64,000 nt of DNA from Acidobacteriota bacterium (GTDB lineage: Bacteria; Acidobacteriota; Blastocatellia; Pyrinomonadales; Pyrinomonadaceae). Both the position numbers and the translations under genes were made by a program. Within the stretch, counting starts at the first letter, position 1, and the number at the start of each line of letters is the position of its first letter. Location of the stretch: NCBI GenBank assembly GCA_046726175.1, contig JBKPAC010000100.1, positions 4,202 through 68,201 on the forward strand. The letters run 5' to 3'. The notes below the pieces were generated by a model. It saw only the letters and a list, made by a program, of their open reading frames with translations, did not search any database and was not told where the DNA came from. Below, piece by piece: positions 28,598 to 36,481 of the stretch.

Positions 28598-31500
28598 CTA
28601 CTGTCGCGAGCGACCGCTTGAGAGGCGTCGATAGTATTCCTCGACGGCCTTGCGATAACGCTCGGGAGCAGCACCTTCATCACGCAGTCGCAGGTTAGTC
28701 TGACCCCTTTGCTGCAATTGCCTGCTTAACTCCAACTCGAGCTGGCGCAGCGGCTCAATCACGTTAGCTTTCAACGCCGCCGCTGTTAATGCGTCACCTT
28801 CCATTCGTCCGTCGGCGAACCGTCTTAATTGCTCGACCACGTCTCCCAGCCGGCCCACTGGTCCACCCGGACCCCAATCGCGACGTAAATTCTCCGCTTC
28901 ACGCAAACGCTCGCGAAGCTCAGATGAGAGCTGCCGTTTGTCATCCCAGTTGCCGTCTGGTCCCCACTGGCCACCTGTTCGTTCCTGGCCACCTTGAGAC
29001 TGTCCGGTTTGGGGCTGTCCACCTTGAGAGCCGCTTTGTTGTGTTTGCGATTGTTGTCCGGTCTGCGAGCTTTGGCCCTGCTGCCGACTCTGAGAATCAG
29101 ATTGTTGTTGCCCAGCCTGCTGGCCATTCTGACCGCGACGAGCATTGCTCTCGTCCAAACGCCGCCGAAGCGAATCAAGGTTATCAGCGAGTTGGCGCGT
29201 GCGATCGAGAGCATCTTCAGCGCCAGACGCTCCGGCACGACGAGAATTCTGCTCCGCCGACTGCAGACGTTCTGAAAGATCATTCAGGCTACGTTCGATC
29301 GCACGTTCGTTTGAACGGGCTGAGTCGAGCTGATTGTTGTTGAGTGCTTGTTTGCTTTCTCGTATTCGATCCGCAATACGATCACGGGACAGGTTACCCG
29401 CTGCTTCGGACAGTTGTCGCGCCAATCTTTGTTGCCCGGCACTCATTCCTTGAGCTGACTGTTCGAGGTCCTGTTGTAAACCACTGACGGTGTCGGCGAG
29501 TGCATCCTTGCGTTCGGCAATTTGATCTTTCAGTTTCTGTCCGTTTGCGTTTTGACTATTCTGAGCTCCGCGCCGAGCCATGTTCTCCACGTCGTTTGCA
29601 ATTGCGCGCTGGCGAGCTGCGGCTTGTGCCGCTCGCTGACGCAGCTCGCTGACGGATTGAGAGCCTCCACCCTGAGAGGACTGACCGGACGAGCTACCAC
29701 TCTGTTGTAGACGGTTTTGCGCCTGACGCAGCCGCTCGAGCGCTTTTTCGTTCTGGGCAATAGCATCGCTTGAGTTAGTACGCGCCGAAGCCTGTGCCTT
29801 CTGCATTTCGTCTGCGGTTTGATTCAGTTGGCGGCTTACATCCTGCAGTTGCTGATCACGGCGCTCGCGCGACAGCCGCTCGAGTTCTCGAGCCGCTCGT
29901 CGCGTCTCATCGATCAACTCCTGCTGTTGACGGCTAGCTCCGCCGCTAGAACTGTTGCGAGGTCCTTGCTGTCGTCGGCGCTGTTCCTCAAGCGCTTGTT
30001 CCTGCCGGCGTGCCAGTTCTTCCAATTTGCGTTCAGCTTCACTCTTTTCGCGTTGTGCCTGCTGTCGTTGCGCTCGCTGCACGGTCTCGTACTGGTTCTT
30101 CATCTTGTCGAGCTCAAGCTCGAACAAACCAGCAAGCTCCTGCGACTGTTGTTCACTACCGCCACTACTGCCGTTATTCTGATTACCAAACGCCACTTGG
30201 ACTTCGCGAAAGATCGCATCAGCGGCGAGCAGCCTTTGCAAAGCGCGCTGTTCGGAGGGCAAAGCTTCCTTTCCGGCTTCCTTACGCAAGGGAGGGGGAG
30301 CGCCTTCCATTTCACGCGCAGCCTGTTTGAGATGCTCGGCCATTTCGGCCAGCTCTTTTTGTCCTTCGATCTGTTCGCCCAGCCGGCGACCCATTCGATC
30401 GAGAAACTCCAGGGTATCGGTTCGCAGCTTCTCCTGACCGGCGGCTACGGCTTCATAGTCGTCTTTACGTTCCTGCGGCGTGTATTTGTCGCTCTCGCGG
30501 ATTAAACGGTGAGTTGCAGCAATCAAGTCTTTTTGTCGCCGCGATAATGCGTTCTGATCCTGATCGCCTCCCTGACCCTGACCACCCTGCTGCTGCGACT
30601 GCCGGTACTGCATCTCGAAAGGCTTAATCTCGATGAAATAGATATCACTTGTTGTTTCGCTGCTAGCATCCCGAGCTTTCGCGTAGTAGGAGATGAAGTC
30701 GCCAGGTTTCAGTTTGAACTCTTCGAGAAAGAAAGTATGCGTTCCCGTTAGCACTTGCGCCGATTCGCGGCTCAGCTCCTGAAGGCTTAGCTGTTTCTCA
30801 GCGCCGCCATTGACTGAGAAATGAAGATCGATTGAGACGACGCCAAAATCATCTTCTGCACGGACCTGTGTAAAAACTTCTTCGAGGTTAGTTGCTTTCT
30901 TGTCTCTGCCCGGCCGCTCAATTGAAACTGACGGCGGCTGGTCCGTAAGTACCGTAATGTCATACTCATTTGACCCGCGATACGCTTCGCCATCCAGGCT
31001 TACGAGCTCGATGTAGTAACTCGTGTCAGCCGCAACAGTTACTTCCCCGGAAAAGTTCGCGCCCGCAGGCTTCATGTCGATCTTCCGACCATCGGCCAAC
31101 ACCATTCGCGCCGCGCGTACTTTCCCGGTAAGGTGGGCTGTCACTACGGCAACTGTTCCCTTAATTGCTGCGATATCGCCGCCGTCTTCAATAGTTTTGG
31201 AAGGAAGGCGGGTGAAAGAGGGAAAGTTGAGTACAAGATCGAGTTGTTTTACATACGGCAGATCAACAACAGTGAGCTTAAAGACATCAGAGCGGACGTT
31301 GTTTGATTCAATGAAGTACTCGAGCGAATCCTGAATGTTGAAGATCGAAAAGCGGAAATCACTGCGTGCTTTCGCAGGCTCCATCGTTTGTCCCTGCCAA
31401 TCGTCTTTTGAGCCGGCAGGGCGTGAGAAGATAGTCACCATCTGCGAATCAAAGTTGACGAGAGTTGCAAGGATGTCCTGATCGGAACTCTTCGGAACGC

Positions 31501-32104
31501 GTGCGGTACCCGGCCGCACTTTGATACTCATCGTATTTGTAGACGCCGCCAGAGTAGTTGGCGCAACCAGACGCGCTACACCTTCAGAGATCTCACGTGG
31601 CCCCCACTTAAGGACTGCCGCAAAAATCAACAAGCTCAGCAATGCCGCGCCACCGTAAGCGAGTAATCGAGATCGTTTGATTACATTTCCAAGGTTGAGA
31701 GAAGCCGCAACATCGTTTGCGTCGGAGTTGAGGTGATTAAGAATCGCCGGCGAGATTCCCCGGTGTCGATCGTGTGCGAATTCGACAGCCGCGACGAGGC
31801 GATCGTCCGTACCGGGCGAGCGTTCTTCGATGAGCCGAGCGAGACGCGCGTCGCTGATCCGCTGCCAAAGGGGTCGAATGAATGCGAAGTACACAGTAGC
31901 CAGAAAACCGGCAACAGCGGTGATGCGCAGTGCCAGCAAAGCTGTGGGGTTGAATCGGTAACGATGCGCGGCCCAGCCGGTCAGCAACAGAGTGCCGGCT
32001 ATGACACACAGGCAGGCAGCGGTTCCACGCAGGGCCAGGAGGAGTTGTCGTCGCTTGCGCGCGCGACTGAGCAGGTTGCGCAGGTTGTTACTTTCGGCAT
32101 CCAT
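28598..32104 (-). CDS. Large membrane-anchored protein (DUF4175-like N-terminus) with a very long Q/R/E/S-rich coiled-coil or low-complexity C-terminal half
   Basis: 1168 aa. There are two N-terminal TM helices. The C-terminal roughly 650 aa include QQSDSQSRQQGQSSQTGQQSQTQQSGSQGGQPQTGQSQGGQ. Confidence 0.7.
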   Translation of the reverse strand: MDAESNNLRNLLSRARKRRQLLLALRGTAACLCVIAGTLLLTGWAAHRYRFNPTALLALRITAVAGFLATVYFAFIRPLWQRISDARLARLIEERSPGTDDRLVAAVEFAHDRHRGISPAILNHLNSDANDVAASLNLGNVIKRSRLLAYGGAALLSLLIFAAVLKWGPREISEGVARLVAPTTLAASTNTMSIKVRPGTARVPKSSDQDILATLVNFDSQMVTIFSRPAGSKDDWQGQTMEPAKARSDFRFSIFNIQDSLEYFIESNNVRSDVFKLTVVDLPYVKQLDLVLNFPSFTRLPSKTIEDGGDIAAIKGTVAVVTAHLTGKVRAARMVLADGRKIDMKPAGANFSGEVTVAADTSYYIELVSLDGEAYRGSNEYDITVLTDQPPSVSIERPGRDKKATNLEEVFTQVRAEDDFGVVSIDLHFSVNGGAEKQLSLQELSRESAQVLTGTHTFFLEEFKLKPGDFISYYAKARDASSETTSDIYFIEIKPFEMQYRQSQQQGGQGQGGDQDQNALSRRQKDLIAATHRLIRESDKYTPQERKDDYEAVAAGQEKLRTDTLEFLDRMGRRLGEQIEGQKELAEMAEHLKQAAREMEGAPPPLRKEAGKEALPSEQRALQRLLAADAIFREVQVAFGNQNNGSSGGSEQQSQELAGLFELELDKMKNQYETVQRAQRQQAQREKSEAERKLEELARRQEQALEEQRRRQQGPRNSSSGGASRQQQELIDETRRAARELERLSRERRDQQLQDVSRQLNQTADEMQKAQASARTNSSDAIAQNEKALERLRQAQNRLQQSGSSSGQSSQGGGSQSVSELRQRAAQAAARQRAIANDVENMARRGAQNSQNANGQKLKDQIAERKDALADTVSGLQQDLEQSAQGMSAGQQRLARQLSEAAGNLSRDRIADRIRESKQALNNNQLDSARSNERAIERSLNDLSERLQSAEQNSRRAGASGAEDALDRTRQLADNLDSLRRRLDESNARRGQNGQQAGQQQSDSQSRQQGQSSQTGQQSQTQQSGSQGGQPQTGQSQGGQERTGGQWGPDGNWDDKRQLSSELRERLREAENLRRDWGPGGPVGRLGDVVEQLRRFADGRMEGDALTAAALKANVIEPLRQLELELSRQLQQRGQTNLRLRDEGAAPERYRKAVEEYYRRLSSGRSRQ

Positions 32105-32122
32105 TTCTGCCCTCTCTTAAAC

Positions 32123-32193
32123 ACTGGGAGCGCGGGCGTCTCGCCCGCCTATGCTATTCAAGATCAACGAAGCGGGCGAAACGCCCTCCCAGC
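32123..32193. repeat. Hairpin, GGGAGCGCGGGCGTCTCGCCCGC family (copy 2)
   Basis: actgggagcgcgggcgtctcgcccgc ... gcgggcgaaacgccctcccagc. Confidence 0.8.
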
Positions 32194-32196
32194 AGA

Positions 32197-34245
32197 TCAG
32201 CTAACCATTTTCGCCACTCTCGTACGATGAGATAACAGTGATTCAGTCACCAACAGTAAGAGAGCGACGAAAAGCAAAGGCCACCAGATTTTCTGACGCG
32301 CTTCAATTTCTTCGTTGCTCTGTTTGTTTCCTGCCTCGAAACCTTGCGGTACCCCGCCTCCTCCAGTGACGCCCGCAACGAATTCTCCGAAATCCAACTT
32401 CGCGAAATCACCTTCCGACGAGTCGAGATCGACCGCAGTAAAGTCAGGACCAGCACTGTAACGCAGCCGGTAAAAGCCGGGCTCGCGTGCAGTGACCAAC
32501 AGCTCGCCGTCAGGCGTCAGCCGCTCCTCAGAAACTCTGCTGCCCGAAGGGGTGTCAACAGGTGGCGGTGGTCCTTGAGAATCCCTGGCTACCGTAAATG
32601 TTTGGCCGAGCCCGTACCACGAGTTGCTGTCACGCCCGCCAAGGTAGCGAACCATTTGATGGACCAACGGCAAATAAAGCGGAGTCAAAGGCAGATCATT
32701 CCAGCTCGCGCCGAGTGATGAAGTAAAGACAAGCACACGGCCCTTGCCGACGTTCGATTCAATCAATGCCGGGCTGCCATCTTCGTAACGGGCCAACACA
32801 GACGATGTGGCGCGCGGTTCAGAACGGAAGTAGCCGAAGACATGAGCTCCGGTTAACCGGCCTCCCTGACGAAACACCTCAAAGATCGGGTGGTCCAACT
32901 TAACTTCAGAGATAGCTACACTGTCTCCCTGCCGCGACTGCACCACATCGCGAAGCGCAGCTGGCGATAACAGCTGGAGCGATTTGTTGAATTCATCGGC
33001 TTCAGTCTTTGGCCCCGTCGCCATCAGCAACTGGCCACCTGCTTGTACGAATTGAGAAAGCTTCTCAGCGAATGAAGACGAGAGCTGACCAGCATCATTC
33101 AAAATGATCAATGCGTAATCGGAAAGTGACGCGGGATCTACACTGCCAGTCGTCTTCAACACAAATGCGAACGGAAGATCTTCATTCATGTTGAGAGCGT
33201 TTTGTAAGTAGATACTATCGCTGCGGCCTCGTGTGGCACCTTCGACGATCAGTGCCTTCGCTTGAGCGCTGCGGCGAATACTGAAATAAAAACGATTGTC
33301 CGGAGCGAAGTCACCCGAATTGATATCGATCGTGCAGCGATTCGCTCCGTCGCCGAGGTTGAAATCCGTAAACTCCACGACTTTCGTTTCACGGCTGCCC
33401 AGGTTCAAATCGCGTTTTGCCACTGTCTGATCGTTTATCTGGAAATCAAGCACCAGGTGGTCCCGCGGAGCGTCAGAGAAGTTGCTGACGTGAACCGCGA
33501 TGTTCTCGGTGTACTTCTGACCAAACACTGCCCGTCGAGCCTCGACGCGGGTCACAGCTACGTTTGGGGTTGGATCTTTTCCTGCTACGTCCAGGGTCAG
33601 CAGTTCAATGTCGCCGCTTAGTTTGAAAGAAGCGTTTGGTTGGTTCCAGCCACTCGCCTGAAAATCAGAGATCAGGATAATTTGACGCGGCCCACTGGTT
33701 TGCAGATCTCGAAACAGTGATTCAGCTCCTCGCAGCGCCTGTTCGTAGTCGGTACCTTCCCAGCCTGGTTGCACGCTTCCCACGACTGTTCGCAATCCGC
33801 TCTTATCTGAAGTGAAGCGACTGAGTATTTCGTAAGTCTTTCCAAAGCTGATCAGTGCAAGTCTATCGCCGGTGCCGGCTCCATCGATTAGTGACAGGGC
33901 TCGTTTTTGTGCTTCTGAAAAAAGATCGTTGCGGCGCATGCTAACCGAGTTATCGATCAGAATTACGCTTGCTCGAGAAGAGACGCTTTCCCTGGCAGCA
34001 CTACGTCCGTTGAAGAATGGTCGAGTGAAAGCGAGCACAATTAAGGTGATAGCCAGACAGCGAAGAATGAGCAGCAGGAGGTTTTGAAGTGTACGCCGGC
34101 GGATGGTGCGTTGCGGCACCTGTCTGACGAACACGAGCGCCGGAAACTCGACGCGTCGCGCCCGCGTTCTCCTGACAAGGTGCACCAATACCGGCGCGGC
34201 AAGAGCCGCGATTCCTAGTAAGAAAAGTGGACTCAGAAACGACAT
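32197..34245 (-). CDS. BatA-like protein (N-terminal double-TM aerotolerance-regulator domain plus VWA domain)
   Basis: MSFLSPLFLLGIAALAAPVLVHL is an N-terminal anchor typical of BatA/TIGR02226. ILIDNSVSM provides the DxSxS MIDAS motif. Confidence 0.75.
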   Translation of the reverse strand: MSFLSPLFLLGIAALAAPVLVHLVRRTRARRVEFPALVFVRQVPQRTIRRRTLQNLLLLILRCLAITLIVLAFTRPFFNGRSAARESVSSRASVILIDNSVSMRRNDLFSEAQKRALSLIDGAGTGDRLALISFGKTYEILSRFTSDKSGLRTVVGSVQPGWEGTDYEQALRGAESLFRDLQTSGPRQIILISDFQASGWNQPNASFKLSGDIELLTLDVAGKDPTPNVAVTRVEARRAVFGQKYTENIAVHVSNFSDAPRDHLVLDFQINDQTVAKRDLNLGSRETKVVEFTDFNLGDGANRCTIDINSGDFAPDNRFYFSIRRSAQAKALIVEGATRGRSDSIYLQNALNMNEDLPFAFVLKTTGSVDPASLSDYALIILNDAGQLSSSFAEKLSQFVQAGGQLLMATGPKTEADEFNKSLQLLSPAALRDVVQSRQGDSVAISEVKLDHPIFEVFRQGGRLTGAHVFGYFRSEPRATSSVLARYEDGSPALIESNVGKGRVLVFTSSLGASWNDLPLTPLYLPLVHQMVRYLGGRDSNSWYGLGQTFTVARDSQGPPPPVDTPSGSRVSEERLTPDGELLVTAREPGFYRLRYSAGPDFTAVDLDSSEGDFAKLDFGEFVAGVTGGGGVPQGFEAGNKQSNEEIEARQKIWWPLLFVALLLLVTESLLSHRTRVAKMVS

Positions 34246-34251
34246 GGGATA

Positions 34252-34377
34252 TTAGCCGCGGATTAACGCGGATAAAACGCGGATCAGACGATAATTAGCT
34301 AAGTGTTGAATGCGTTTCTCTCCTTCAGATCTGACTGGTTTCTCTCTCTTTCAGATTCGCGTTCAATCCGCGGCCAA
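34252..34377. repeat. Inverted-repeat hairpin, GCCGCGGATTAACGCGGAT family (copy 6)
   Basis: ttagccgcggattaacgcggataaaacgcggatcagacg ... cagattcgcgttcaatccgcggccaa. Confidence 0.85.
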
Positions 34378-34383
34378 TTGTTC

Positions 34384-35352
34384 TTACTTTCCGGCTCTCT
34401 TCGACAGGAAAGAGAACAGAGCGAAATCCAACGGTCGATCCGTCGTCATCAACTCATAATCAACGTGATTTGCTGCCGCACATGTGCGCATGTCGCTGAT
34501 GTGCTTCTGAACGCGCTGGCGGTAACCGCCGACAACGACGTCAGGCAGTACCGGCATTTGTTCCTGGGTTTCTGCATCCTCGAGCAGCAGTACCGGGTCT
34601 TCAAAATCAAAGTCGATTTCGTTCTTGTCGAGCACGTGAAACGCCAGCAGATCGTGTCCTTTGAAACGCAGATGCTGAAACGCGGATTGCAGTCGTTCGG
34701 GTTGATCGTAGAAATCTGAGATGAGCACAACGATTCCGCGACGGCTCAGAATTTCAGCTAACTCGTGCAAAGAATCAGCGAGCTGTGTTTCACCTCCTGC
34801 CTCCAACATTGAAAGCTGTCCAAAGATCGTGCTGAGGTGACCTGTGCGATTTCGCGCAGGGACGTGCGTGTGAACGCGCTTGTCGAAGGCAATCAGTCCG
34901 ACGGCGTCCTGCTGTCGCCCAAGAAGGTATGCAAGTGACGCTGCGAGAAACTTCGCGTACTGGAGCTTTGTCACCCGATCAGCTTCCGAGTAGCGCATCG
35001 ACGCGCTCGTATCTATGAGAATCTGGCATTGCGTATTCGTGTCTGCGCGATATTTCTTGATGAAGTAGCGATCAGTGCGTCCGAACAAACGCCAGTCGAG
35101 GTAACGTAAGTCATCGCCGGGATTGTACTGTCGATATTCAGTGAACTCGGTCGAGAAGCCGGTGAACGGTGATCGATGCAGGCCGGACATGAATCCTTCG
35201 ACAACAGCGCGTGCAAGCAATTCGAGTGAGCCAACCCGCGCCAGCACCTCCGGATCGATAAACGTAGCTGGGCCAGGTTTCGGCACCGAAGGGACCGCGG
35301 TGTCGATCTGTGTTGGCTTAGCTGATTCTTTTTTGGTTAGCTTGCCCCACAT
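34384..35352 (-). CDS. DUF58-domain protein (VWA-like, MoxR partner)
   Basis: FxEYRQYNPGDDLRYLDWR is a DUF58 hallmark. ILIDTSASM is also present. It lies immediately downstream of the MoxR ATPase. Confidence 0.8.
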   Translation of the reverse strand: MWGKLTKKESAKPTQIDTAVPSVPKPGPATFIDPEVLARVGSLELLARAVVEGFMSGLHRSPFTGFSTEFTEYRQYNPGDDLRYLDWRLFGRTDRYFIKKYRADTNTQCQILIDTSASMRYSEADRVTKLQYAKFLAASLAYLLGRQQDAVGLIAFDKRVHTHVPARNRTGHLSTIFGQLSMLEAGGETQLADSLHELAEILSRRGIVVLISDFYDQPERLQSAFQHLRFKGHDLLAFHVLDKNEIDFDFEDPVLLLEDAETQEQMPVLPDVVVGGYRQRVQKHISDMRTCAAANHVDYELMTTDRPLDFALFSFLSKRAGK

Positions 35353-35417
35353 CTATTTATTATTTGTCGTTTGACATTTCTCATTTCCCATTTGGTCGAA
35401 ATGGCAAATGGAAAATG
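35353..35417. repeat. TTTGACATTTCTCATTTCCCATTT element plus short complementary arm (hairpin)
   Basis: ctatttattatttgtcgtttgacatttctcatttcccattt ggtcg aaatggcaaatggaaaatg. Confidence 0.8.
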
Positions 35418-35423
35418 CTTTCC

Positions 35424-36443
35424 CTAGAGCCCCGATTTTGGTTCAGGCACAATGTCGACCAACTGCTTGATCACCCGATCAGAGTCCACCTTCTCTGCTT
35501 CAGCCTGAAAGTTCAGCAAAACGCGATGGCGCAAAACTGCAGGCGCAACTGCCCGGACGTCTTCACACGAAACGTTGAAGCGACCCCGCAGGATTGCGCG
35601 TGCCTTGCCGCCAAGTATGAGGAATTGTGAAGCGCGAAGCGACGCGCCCCACGTTACCCACTTGTTGACGAAGTCAGGAGCGGCCGGCGTCGCCGGACGG
35701 CTCGCGCTCACCAGTCGAACTGCATAACGCGTCACGGTGTCGGAAGCCGGCACTTGCTTGACCAACTTCTGAAAGCCAATGATTTCTTCGGCACTCATCA
35801 GTCGCTCGAATTCGAGGTCCTGAGGCGACGTTGTCTGCTTCACCACCTCCACCTCTTCTTCTTCAGGCAGGTAACCGATTTTGACATTGAACATGAACCG
35901 GTCGAGCTGGGCTTCAGGCAACGGGTAAGTTCCCTCCATCTCAATCGGGTTTTGGGTTGCCAGCACGTGAAAAGGACGCGGCAGCTCGTAGGTCAACCCC
36001 TGAACAGTCACGTGTCCTTCCTGCATCGCCTCGAGCAAAGCGGCTTGTGTTTTCGGAGGAGTGCGGTTGATTTCGTCAGCGAGAACGATGTTCGCGAAGA
36101 TTGGACCGCGAATGAACTGCAGCGCACGGTGACCAGTTGCACGGTCTTCTTCAATGATCTCAGTGCCTGTAATATCTGCCGGCATGAGATCCGGCGTGAA
36201 TTGAATCCGCTTGAAAGAGAGATCCAGGACGCCGGCAATCGTACGTACGAGCATCGTCTTGGCCAGCCCCGGCACGCCGGTGATGATCGAGTGGCCGCCA
36301 ACAAAGAGCGACAACAGAACCTGTTCGACTACATCGTCCTGGCCGATGATTGCTTTTCTGATCTCGCGCAGCAGACGCTCGCGAACGGAACTCAGCTTAT
36401 CGAGTAATTGCTCGTCGTTGATCGTGCTAGTTTCAACCGCCAT
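35424..36443 (-). CDS. MoxR-family AAA+ ATPase
   Basis: Walker A GVPGLAKT. ADEINRTPPKTQAALLEAMQE and VLATQNPIEMEGTYPLPEAQLDRF are typical AAA_3 segments. Confidence 0.9.
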   Translation of the reverse strand: MAVETSTINDEQLLDKLSSVRERLLREIRKAIIGQDDVVEQVLLSLFVGGHSIITGVPGLAKTMLVRTIAGVLDLSFKRIQFTPDLMPADITGTEIIEEDRATGHRALQFIRGPIFANIVLADEINRTPPKTQAALLEAMQEGHVTVQGLTYELPRPFHVLATQNPIEMEGTYPLPEAQLDRFMFNVKIGYLPEEEEVEVVKQTTSPQDLEFERLMSAEEIIGFQKLVKQVPASDTVTRYAVRLVSASRPATPAAPDFVNKWVTWGASLRASQFLILGGKARAILRGRFNVSCEDVRAVAPAVLRHRVLLNFQAEAEKVDSDRVIKQLVDIVPEPKSGL

Positions 36444-36481
36444 ACGTTTCCTCTAATTGGTCCTATACGTCTTACCTGGTC

